Positions 17,906 through 25,537 of a DNA stretch of 32,000 bases are shown here, piece by piece; within the stretch, counting starts at the first letter, position 1, and the number at the start of each line of letters is the position of its first letter. A program made the translations under genes and the position numbers. The stretch is taken from contig CP064967.1 in the NCBI GenBank assembly GCA_016699265.1, forward strand, positions 540,001 to 572,000, given 5' to 3'. The DNA is from Candidatus Saccharimonadota bacterium. Its GTDB lineage: Bacteria > Patescibacteriota > Microgenomatia > UBA1406 > GWC2-37-13. The notes under the pieces are model-generated. The model searched no databases, was not told the DNA's origin, and worked only from the letters and a program-made list of their open reading frames with translations.

Positions 17906-17916
17906 AGACAGATAAT

Positions 17917-19209
17917 ATGGACGAACTTGTAGCACTGTGTAAAAGACGAGGAATTATCTTTCCTGGATCCGAAATCTATGGTGGACTAGCTGGCACATGG
18001 GACTGGGGTCCTATTGGGTCACTTCTCAAGAAAAACTACAAAGATCTTTGGTGGAAGGATGCAGTTCAGTTAAGAGATGACGTGGTTGGATTGGACGCCG
18101 CAATAATGATGAATCCTAAAGCATGGGAGGCGTCTGGCCATACAACCGGATTTGTAGACCCATTAATTGAGTGTAAAATATGTCATCAACGATTCCGACC
18201 TGATAAGCCTGAGGAAATTAAGGAGCATGAGGCTACACATAAAGATAAAACGGTTGAGTGGACAGAACCACAAAAGTTCAACCTTCTAGTAAAGGCCTTT
18301 CTTGGAATCATCGAAGGCAAACAATCTGAAATATATCTACGTGGTGAAATAACGAACGGAGTTCATGTTAACTTTAAAAATGTCCTTAACTCAACGAGAG
18401 TACAGATTCCATTTGGAATTGCTCAGATTGGAAAAGCATTCCGAAATGAAATCACACCGGGAAACTTCATCTTTAGATCTAGAGAGTTTGAACCACTCGA
18501 GGTACAGTTCTCCATTAAACCAGATGAAGAGGAAGGTAAAAAATGGTTTGAGTACTGGAAGAAAAATAGAATGCAGTGGTTCCTCGATCTAGGAATGAAG
18601 AAGGAAAACCTGAGGTTTCGTGATCACGAAGATGATGAGAAAGCTCATTATGCCAAGTTTGCAACAGATATTGAGTATCAAGCTCCCTGGGGATGGCAGG
18701 AGATGATGGGGATTCATCATCGAGGAGATTGGGACCTATCTCGACATCAAGAGTATAGCGGTAAAAGTCTCACCTACCACGATCCAAATACTGGAGAAGA
18801 ATATCTTCCATGGGATATTGAGACCTCATCAGGTCTTGAACGACCACTCCTTTTCATCCTTCTTGACGCATACCGCAAAGATGAAAAAAGAGAATGGCTT
18901 CAACTAAGCCCGAAACTAGCGCCCTACAAGGCTGCAGTTTTTCCACTCCTTGCAAATAAGCCCGTTCTTGTTGATAAAGCTAAAGAAATTTATCATAATC
19001 TAAGAAAGAGCGTTATGATCTCATGGGATGATCGTGGTAATATAGGAAAGCGGTATGCTGCTCAGGATGAGATCGGGACACCATACTGTATAACTGTAGA
19101 CTTTGCGACTCTAGAGGATGACAAAGTAACTGTGCGCGAACGAGACAGTATGGAACAAAAGAGAGTTCCAATTTCTGAACTAAACGCCTTTTTATTAGAA
19201 GTTCTCTAA
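17917..19209 (+). CDS. glyQS: Glycine--tRNA ligase, homodimeric (alpha2, GlyQS) class II type
   Basis: 430 aa with KRRGIIFPGSEIYGGLAGTWDWGPIG, FRNEITPGNFIFRSREFE and a C-terminal anticodon-binding domain (VAPYKAAVFPL...GKRYAAQDEIGTPYCITVD). Confidence 0.95.
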   Translation: MDELVALCKRRGIIFPGSEIYGGLAGTWDWGPIGSLLKKNYKDLWWKDAVQLRDDVVGLDAAIMMNPKAWEASGHTTGFVDPLIECKICHQRFRPDKPEEIKEHEATHKDKTVEWTEPQKFNLLVKAFLGIIEGKQSEIYLRGEITNGVHVNFKNVLNSTRVQIPFGIAQIGKAFRNEITPGNFIFRSREFEPLEVQFSIKPDEEEGKKWFEYWKKNRMQWFLDLGMKKENLRFRDHEDDEKAHYAKFATDIEYQAPWGWQEMMGIHHRGDWDLSRHQEYSGKSLTYHDPNTGEEYLPWDIETSSGLERPLLFILLDAYRKDEKREWLQLSPKLAPYKAAVFPLLANKPVLVDKAKEIYHNLRKSVMISWDDRGNIGKRYAAQDEIGTPYCITVDFATLEDDKVTVRERDSMEQKRVPISELNAFLLEVL

Positions 19210-19221
19210 AAAAGTATATTT

Positions 19222-19713
19222 ATGGATAAACAGAAAAAAGTGTTAATTGGATCTATAATAGCCGTCGTGTTTGTCTTTGGGACTTGGTTCGTGGTAAACA
19301 ACAATAACAAGAATAAAGATCTAGGTACCGAATCGGTACTCGAGAATGAACCAACTGTTGCGCCCGTTGACTCGTCTGTTGTTGTTAATTTGAAAAACGC
19401 AGTAAAGAAGGGCGAGGTTCTCATTGAGGTTAAGAATGCCCCTGACGGCACAAAAAAGGCCGAGATGGAACTCACTTACAACCGTGAAAAGCGACCAGAA
19501 GATGAGACCGACAGTGATATAATTCCGGACGGGGTTCTTGCTGGTTGCGACTTTAAGTCAGGACAAAAATCTTGCATAAAGGAAGGAATCACTCTTGGCA
19601 CATGTTCTTCAGGAGTATGTCGCTACCATACTGTCGTTGGGAAGATCAAATTATCTATTATATTTAGTGGCTCTTATGGAGAAAGAAGCTTTGAAAAAGA
19701 GTATTCGCTTTAA
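19222..19713 (+). CDS. Hypothetical membrane-anchored or secreted protein (one N-terminal TM helix, 4 Cys in the C-terminal part)
   Basis: 163-aa ORF starting 13 nt after glyQS. I recognise no family. Confidence 0.6.
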   Translation: MDKQKKVLIGSIIAVVFVFGTWFVVNNNNKNKDLGTESVLENEPTVAPVDSSVVVNLKNAVKKGEVLIEVKNAPDGTKKAEMELTYNREKRPEDETDSDIIPDGVLAGCDFKSGQKSCIKEGITLGTCSSGVCRYHTVVGKIKLSIIFSGSYGERSFEKEYSL

Positions 19714-19760
19714 AAATCGTTAAAAAAGCTAAGAACTTAGAAATATAAATTACTAAGTAA

Positions 19761-19771
19761 GGGAGGAGGTG
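19761..19771 (+). promoter_or_regulatory. Strong Shine-Dalgarno GGGAGGAGGTG, 7 nt upstream of the rpsT ATG
   Basis: Seen directly. It contrasts with the SD-less starts of most other genes here. Confidence 0.7.
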
Positions 19772-19778
19772 TTCCATC

Positions 19779-20030
19779 ATGCCAATAATTAAATCCGCAA
19801 TTAAAAAACTTAAACAAGACAAGGTTCGAAAAGCTTCGAACAAAAAAATAGAGGCCACCTATCTTTCTTTGCTATCAAAGGTTAAGAAAGGTGCATTAAA
19901 GGATATGAAAAAAGTTCATTCTGCCATTGATAAAGCTGCAAAAAAAGGCGTTATCCATGCAAACAAAGCGGCCAGACTCAAATCTCAGGTTACTAAGCTG
20001 TTAAAACCAAAAATTAAGTCGTCCAAATGA
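19779..20030 (+). CDS. rpsT: 30S ribosomal protein S20
   Basis: 83 aa, very basic. MPIIKSAIKKLKQDKVRKASNKK...KKGVIHANKAARLKSQ is typical S20. Confidence 0.9.
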   Translation: MPIIKSAIKKLKQDKVRKASNKKIEATYLSLLSKVKKGALKDMKKVHSAIDKAAKKGVIHANKAARLKSQVTKLLKPKIKSSK

Positions 20031-20558
20031 CATATAAAATAAACCTCCTGAGCAAGCAAGAAATGAGTCTAATTGATAAGACTCTCTATTTCTTTTTAAA
20101 CTATTTGAGGTATATACTCGTTTTCACTCAGATCATCGTGATCGGAGTGTTGTTTTATAGGTTTAGAATTGATCAAAACATTATCGATCTTAAGGACTCT
20201 CTTGATCAAAAAAAAGAAATTGTTCAGGCTGTAAAACCTCTTTTAGACGAGGCTGAGAAGGTTAATAATCAAAGTATAGCTATAAAAAGGTGACGTCAGA
20301 GCAAGAAAGGCAAATATCTGCTGTAAATTATATCTTGTCAGTATTCCTGAGGCGGTCAATCTCACCACCTTAAACATTGACGACAACACATACTCACTTA
20401 GGGGAACTTCCTCTGACTCAAGACAACTGCAGCTTTTCTACGCTCGACTTCAGACAGATCGGCGCTTTAAGTCGGTAATTCTTTCTAACATTAAACGAGT
20501 TGAACAGGGATATCTATTCGATCTAGTTCTCAATTCGTACCAAAAAATCGTAATATGA
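20027..20558 (+). pseudogene. pilN: PilN-like type IV pilus alignment protein, broken by two apparent 1-nt deletions
   Basis: MTYKINLLSKQE + TM helix + coiled coil runs to 20293. After adding one A to the A5 run at 20284-20288 the frame continues (K)VTSEQERQISAV. After a second shift between about 20322 and 20347 it reads IPEAVNLTTLNIDDNTYSLRGTSSDSRQLQLFYARLQTDRRFKSVILSNIKRVEQGYLFDLVL...*, which is a PilN-type C-terminal domain. Confidence 0.7.
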
Positions 20559-21156
20559 AAACAGAAACACCTACCAGATCACTCCCGTCACTCAAACACA
20601 TCATCGTTTCTTTGAAGGGCTCAAAAACTCAGGACTACACCTTTACCACTATGTTCTTTATAATATTTTCGATCTTCGTATTTTTGCAATAAGACCAGCG
20701 CTCAGTACTGCAATTTCACTCAATAAACAGGAGGCTGACCTTAAAACTCTTGATGGAAAATATGAACTGCTTATTGGTCAAATTGTACAAATCCAAAATG
20801 CGCTACAGCTAGTGAGGGATAAACTCTATCTTATAGATGAAGCACTTCCCGCTCAACCATACATGAATATTATGATGAGCGACATTCAAGAAAGCGCAAA
20901 AAAGAATAATATTTCAATTCGTAAAATAGATATACACAGAATAAATCTTGTCGAAACAGAAAAAAACCTGTTCAGATCTATGGTTGTGAATGTAGAACTG
21001 GGATCAACATTTGACGACTTTATTAAGTTTGAAAAGGATTTACTACTACAGCGTAGATTAAAGAAATTTAAAACAATAAATATAGGACGTGAAGACGTAG
21101 CGTCCGGAAGCGCCACGCTAAATATTAAGGCTGAGATTGAGGGTTATTATTTATAG
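20555..21156 (+). pseudogene. pilO: PilO-like protein, broken by one apparent 1-nt deletion in a T5 run
   Basis: The ATG at 20555 overlaps the pilN stop (ATGA). MKTETPTRSLP...TMFFIIFSIFVF stops at 20690. With a T6 in place of the T5 run at 20681-20685 it continues AIRPALSTAISLNKQEADLKTLDGKYELL...LNIKAEIEGYYL*. The layout is TM + coiled coil + ferredoxin-like C-domain. Confidence 0.6.
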
Positions 21157-21163
21157 TAAAATT

Positions 21164-21352
21164 ATGAAACGAAAAGAATTACTTTATATTTCGATATGCG
21201 TTTTTATGACGATCTTAGCATGGCTCGTTGCAGACTTATATCATTCTGCAAGTCAGAAAACTATTCAAGCAGCTATTGCAGATCCTGTACTACTACAATA
21301 CAAAATTGATCCAAATGTACTCCAGCTCATAGAGAACAGAAAACAAAGATGA
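21164..21352 (+). CDS. Small single-TM protein (62 aa)
   Basis: MKRKELLYISICVFMTILAWLVADLY... TATAGT lies at 21152-21157, 6 nt upstream. The stop overlaps the next ATG (ATGA at 21349). Confidence 0.5.
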   Translation: MKRKELLYISICVFMTILAWLVADLYHSASQKTIQAAIADPVLLQYKIDPNVLQLIENRKQR

Positions 21353-22641
21353 CATATTCCGACCTATATCAAAAAAGTGGATTTAAGATTCCTTCTTTCA
21401 TTGCGGTTGCAATAATAGCGGGGACTTCATTTCTTGTCTCAAATTTTTTCCTCGGCAGTCCTCAAAGTTCTCAAGCGATAAAAAGTAACGTGATTACACT
21501 CGACGCATCAAACATAAGCGCTACGAGAGCAAACGTAGTCTGGAGAACTGCGGAGAAAGAGATTGGTCTCGTGGCATTTGGAGACTCGAAACAAAAACTA
21601 TCCACCGTCGTCACAGATGAAAGAGACACCGCAACAAGAAAATCTAAGTACTTTAATCACAGTGTACTTCTAAATAATCTTAAACCAAATACTCAATACT
21701 ATTTTAGTCTTACTAACGAAAAAGAATTGCTTAGCATTAATAACAAAACGATTTTCAGTTTACAAACCGCTGCTCTAGACAATAGGATTAACTCTCTAAA
21801 ACCAGCGTATGGAACAGTCGTTTCTTCAACCGGAGCACCAGAAAGGAACACGCTTGTCATACTCAGAAGCAAAGGAAGTATCGCTCTTACAACTATCTCA
21901 AAAGGCTCCGGCGAATGGCTATTGCCACTCAATGGTCTTTTAAGAGCCGGGAACCTAACTTTATCAGCTCCTTCACTCACCGATCAAGTAACGATCGAGT
22001 TCTTTGACGAAAAAGGTAACACTACAAATATAAAAGCTCCGATTCAGCTCATATCACCCGTGTCCGATCCAATAAAAATGGGTCTTAACTACTCACTTCC
22101 TGAGGATAAGCTGGTGTTAGGATCTTCAACAGAGGCTGCAAACTCCTCTTCAAAAACAGAGCCAACGATTAAAGATATCCTGAAACTTAGTTACCCTATA
22201 CAAGATGCAATTATTCCAGTAGGAAATCCTCTAATAAAGGGATTTGCATCCCCTCTTACCACGGTCTCAGTAACTATTCAGGTACTCAGAGGAACTCCAG
22301 TAACGGTCTCAAAAAGTACCTTAACTGATTCACAAGGAGTATGGAAAATTGCACTTTCTAAATCCCTATCAGCAGGTTCGTACAATCTTATAGCCAAAAA
22401 CGGATCATCAACTATAGCAAGGCAGTTTACTATAACTAAAAGTGGTGAGCAAGTGCTAGGAGAGGCAACGGAAAGTGCTCAATTAACTGCTACTCCTACA
22501 TTTACTCCAACGGCAACCATAACTATTGCGCCTACAGATATCACTCCGACTTTACCATCAACTGGAGGCAATATAACCTACATGATGTATTCAAGCGCCG
22601 CATTGATCTTACTTGGACTTGGTCTATTCCTTGTTTTCTAG
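21349..22641 (+). CDS. Surface protein: N-terminal TM/signal anchor, FN3-like domain, Ig-like domain, Pro/Thr linker, LPSTG + hydrophobic tail
   Basis: 430 aa. ISATRANVVWRTAEKEIGLVAFGDS...LKPNTQYYFSL is FN3 or purple-acid-phosphatase-N like. VSVTIQVLRGTPVT...GVWKIALSKSLSAGSYNLIAKNG is Ig-like. It ends TLPSTGGNITYMMYSSAALILLGLGLFLVF*. Confidence 0.8.
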   Translation: MTYSDLYQKSGFKIPSFIAVAIIAGTSFLVSNFFLGSPQSSQAIKSNVITLDASNISATRANVVWRTAEKEIGLVAFGDSKQKLSTVVTDERDTATRKSKYFNHSVLLNNLKPNTQYYFSLTNEKELLSINNKTIFSLQTAALDNRINSLKPAYGTVVSSTGAPERNTLVILRSKGSIALTTISKGSGEWLLPLNGLLRAGNLTLSAPSLTDQVTIEFFDEKGNTTNIKAPIQLISPVSDPIKMGLNYSLPEDKLVLGSSTEAANSSSKTEPTIKDILKLSYPIQDAIIPVGNPLIKGFASPLTTVSVTIQVLRGTPVTVSKSTLTDSQGVWKIALSKSLSAGSYNLIAKNGSSTIARQFTITKSGEQVLGEATESAQLTATPTFTPTATITIAPTDITPTLPSTGGNITYMMYSSAALILLGLGLFLVF

Positions 22642-22682
22642 AACGCTAGATACTGAATACGAGATACTCTATACTAATTTAT

Positions 22683-23321
22683 ATGGATCCACTTTCAGTT
22701 ATTACTTCAGTTAATAAAGTGGCATTGTTTTTCTTTGTACTAGTGCTTGGATTTGTCGTTTATGAGTTCGTCATGTATCTAAAGGAAAACCGTAAATTTG
22801 AAAAGCCGACTGTACCGCAGTTTAATCCAAATAATATTGCCTCAAATACATTCACGACAGTCGTCGCTCCTGTCAAGAAAGCCCACACCCTAAATCCACA
22901 CAAAAAAAATCGTCTTTTGCCTTTACTAATCTCCACCTTAATTCTGATACTCCTTGGAGGACTTGTTTTATTCTATGTACCAAGTACAACAAGTACGCCA
23001 GCCAGACTCAAAGATGAAAAACCTACAATTCTGGATGAGGGAATTGGCATATATTCACCTGATTGGCGCGATATCCCGAGATCTCAATTAAATGAATATA
23101 AGAATAAGCTAGTATTTATTACCCTGAAGAATTCTGGAGGCTCGAATATTGATAAAGCTCGTATCAGGGTTAACGCCATAGACTGGGCAACCAATCAAGA
23201 AACGCTGTTGTTTAACAAGGAACTTAACCTGTACTATATAAAGTATGTAATCGCATCAGACAGTGCGAGATTGAGAATACAAGGCCAGTTGCATGATATG
23301 GTTAGTGGTTGGCCAGAATAA
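22683..23321 (+). CDS. Two-TM membrane protein with a C-terminal extracytoplasmic domain of about 110 aa
   Basis: 212 aa with helices VALFFFVLVLGFVVYEFVMYL and LLPLLISTLILILLGGLVLFYV. TATACT lies at 22670-22675, 7 nt upstream of the ATG. I recognise no family. Confidence 0.65.
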   Translation: MDPLSVITSVNKVALFFFVLVLGFVVYEFVMYLKENRKFEKPTVPQFNPNNIASNTFTTVVAPVKKAHTLNPHKKNRLLPLLISTLILILLGGLVLFYVPSTTSTPARLKDEKPTILDEGIGIYSPDWRDIPRSQLNEYKNKLVFITLKNSGGSNIDKARIRVNAIDWATNQETLLFNKELNLYYIKYVIASDSARLRIQGQLHDMVSGWPE

Positions 23322-23332
23322 ATTGTCGAACT

Positions 23333-23773
23333 ATGAATAAAAAAACTATCATAAGAATAGTTCTTCTGCTTCTTATAGGGCTTTTAACGGCAGCCGCTGT
23401 GTTGATTGCCATAAAGTTAAACTCAAGTAACCCACTGGATTCCTCAATTGGCAACACTAAAACAAGGGCAACTTTTCAAAAACAGATTGAGATTCCGAAC
23501 GTTACTATCCCCCCAACTGAGGCACCATCACCAACTCCCACTCAAACACTATTAGCCGTAGCTCCAACAACTGAACTGTCACCTACGGATGCGGTAATTG
23601 TCGTTGCACAAACTACTCCTTCACCAACAACAAGTACCACTGAGACCTCAACCATCACTGTTTCACCAAGTGTGGCTACTACAGAAGCTCTGCCAGCTGC
23701 AGGATCTTTTCAGTCTCTTCTTGTACTTGCTTTGGCTGCGTCGACAGTAATTGTAGTCTCCCTACTATTTTAA
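23333..23773 (+). CDS. Ser/Thr/Pro-rich surface protein with N-terminal TM helix and C-terminal LPAAG + hydrophobic tail
   Basis: The ATG at 23333 (MNKKTIIRIVLLLLIGLL...) is preferred over the track TTG at 23309. It ends EALPAAGSFQSLLVLALAASTVIVVSLLF*. Confidence 0.65.
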   Translation: MNKKTIIRIVLLLLIGLLTAAAVLIAIKLNSSNPLDSSIGNTKTRATFQKQIEIPNVTIPPTEAPSPTPTQTLLAVAPTTELSPTDAVIVVAQTTPSPTTSTTETSTITVSPSVATTEALPAAGSFQSLLVLALAASTVIVVSLLF

Positions 23774-24772
23774 GTACTGCTGAACGTAGGAATGAACAGC
23801 GGAGAATGATGCATCCTCTGGTACGAGGACGTACTTACCCTCATAATCCTCGTAGTTTGGAACCTTGAATAACTCCTCAGGAAGTGCCGTAGCACTCTGC
23901 TTGAAGTCTCTAAGGAGAACCATATTTCTTAAAAGAAATACTATTTGCTGATTTGTTATATCTCTCTGTATTAAAGAATTTACACCCAGGTAAAAGGTCT
24001 CAAGTTTTTCAAGATTAAAGCTAAGCACGAGCTTTGTTATTCGCTCTTTTATTGCACCCATAACCAATTGCTGTCTTTTATTGCGGCTAAAGTCGCTTCC
24101 CTCACCGCCTTGCGCATGTCTTGATCGTACAAAGGTCAGCGCTTTTTCACCATTCATATGTGTAAGACCTTTTGTGAAGGATACTGTTTTATATCTACAT
24201 TTAAACTCGGGGTCTCCTCCACACTCATCATTTTCCTTACCCTCTATTGGAAACTCTGTGTCTTTGAAGGATTTCTCTACCTGAACATCTACTCCACCAA
24301 GTACGTCTATCAAATTAGTAAATTCATTGAAGTTGATCACTACTGCGTACTGTATCGGCTCTCCTAGTATCGCACCAACCTCTGCTTTAGAAAGTCTCAG
24401 CCCTCCACCATCTTTCTTTGCCTCACCATATGCGTAAGCAGAGTTGATTTTATCTTGAAGTGTGCTGCTCCACACATCCCGTGGTATTCCGATTGCTTTG
24501 ACAATGTTAGTCTTTGTGTCATAATTCATGACCGTAATAGAGTCTGATAAAGTCGGACCGTCGTGACTACCTCCTGGGATTCCGAGCACAAGAATGTTCA
24601 CCTTTTCATCGATCATTTTAAGGTCGCCGTATCCGAATAAAGACCGCAAAGGAGAAACCTTAAGAACCTTTGTTGCGAAGTGGTAGTAAGGAGCAATTAA
24701 TAGTAAAAGAACTATACAGACACTTGCTAAAATAAGAGATAATGAAACACGCTTCTTTTTCAGATGTCTCAT
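23765..24772 (-). CDS. LytR-CpsA-Psr (LCP) family cell-wall glycopolymer ligase
   Basis: 335 aa with an N-terminal TM helix, NILVLGIPGGSHDGPTLSDSITVMNYD, IGIPRDVW, INSAYAYG and ALTFVRSRHAQGGEGSDFSRNKRQQ. Confidence 0.9.
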   Translation of the reverse strand: MRHLKKKRVSLSLILASVCIVLLLLIAPYYHFATKVLKVSPLRSLFGYGDLKMIDEKVNILVLGIPGGSHDGPTLSDSITVMNYDTKTNIVKAIGIPRDVWSSTLQDKINSAYAYGEAKKDGGGLRLSKAEVGAILGEPIQYAVVINFNEFTNLIDVLGGVDVQVEKSFKDTEFPIEGKENDECGGDPEFKCRYKTVSFTKGLTHMNGEKALTFVRSRHAQGGEGSDFSRNKRQQLVMGAIKERITKLVLSFNLEKLETFYLGVNSLIQRDITNQQIVFLLRNMVLLRDFKQSATALPEELFKVPNYEDYEGKYVLVPEDASFSAVHSYVQQYLK

Positions 24773-25413
24773 ATATTCTCAAGAATCTTGATGAATTGTT
24801 CAGGATCAAGAGAAGCTGTTCCAACAAGAAATCCTGCAATTTCAGGATGAATTAGGTAGTCCTTGCAATTATTCTCGTCCAAACTTGCTCCGTAGAGAAA
24901 TGTTGAGTCTGAAGATAAATTGAGACTTTTATAGACCTCCATAACCTGTTCTGCAGAAGTATTGTGACCAGTCCCAATATTTTCCGGCTGCTCATAAGCG
25001 ACGAAGCCGGTATAGCCTTTTAGAAAATCATCGATGCCTCGAATGCATAAAATTGGCGTTATGTTATTATCTTTAAGATTCTTAATTTGCGTCTCAATTT
25101 GATCTATCGTCTCTCCTCTTTTCCGTCGTTCGCTGTGTCCGACGATACAGTAAGACGCCACGTCTTTTAAAGCCTGTGCAGTTACCTCTCCGGTGAAGCT
25201 GCCTTGCGTTTCGTTTGAAACAGACTGTGCGACAACACAACAATTTTGGAGGCCGCTAGTGACCGATTGAACAATCTGAAGATGCGCAGTGGAAGGGGCA
25301 ATTCCGACGATCACATCCTGATGGAGTCTATAATATCTGGAAAAAGTTTGAAGCCAGTTCTGCATTTCATTTAATGATTTGTGAGCTTTAAGGTTTGCTA
25401 TTAGATATTTCAT
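24769..25413 (-). CDS. tpiA: Triosephosphate isomerase, shortened (214 aa)
   Basis: The catalytic triad context is retained: ANLKAHK (Lys), IVGHSERR (His), AYEQPENIGTG (Glu). The C-terminus is LYGASL...GFLVGTASL. The segment between PILCI and AYEQP is far shorter than in canonical TIM. Confidence 0.85.
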   Translation of the reverse strand: MKYLIANLKAHKSLNEMQNWLQTFSRYYRLHQDVIVGIAPSTAHLQIVQSVTSGLQNCCVVAQSVSNETQGSFTGEVTAQALKDVASYCIVGHSERRKRGETIDQIETQIKNLKDNNITPILCIRGIDDFLKGYTGFVAYEQPENIGTGHNTSAEQVMEVYKSLNLSSDSTFLYGASLDENNCKDYLIHPEIAGFLVGTASLDPEQFIKILENI

Positions 25414-25486
25414 GTAAATTTCAAAGTGCTTTAATTGTTCTAATTACTCTAAAGAATATCCAATTCACTAAACTTCAATTATTAGA

Positions 25487-25513
25487 AATTAGGTTAATTA
25501 GGTCAATTAGGTT
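25487..25513 (+). repeat. Three tandem 9-mers AATTAGGTT AATTAGGTC AATTAGGTT in the tpiA / pcrA divergent spacer
   Basis: Seen directly. It ends 14 nt before the TATTAT hexamer (25527-25532), which sits 5 nt upstream of the pcrA ATG. Confidence 0.5.
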
Positions 25514-25537
25514 AATTCTCTAGTAATATTATAGTTT

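Noticed and set aside
17816-17916. A possible T-box riboswitch upstream of glyQS.
   Set aside because: Only about 100 nt are available, and I see no T-box consensus (AAnnnGGGTGGTACCGCG-like) and no specifier or terminator architecture. I report it instead as an unclassified repeat-structured leader.
24769-25413. The idea that the short TIM is an archaeal-type enzyme, based on its length and the EQPENIGTG motif, which is reminiscent of archaeal EPPELIGTG.
   Set aside because: The rest of the sequence (GSFTGEVTAQALKD, IVGHSERR, LYGASL...FLVGTASL) follows the bacterial pattern. It is more simply a bacterial TIM with an internal deletion.
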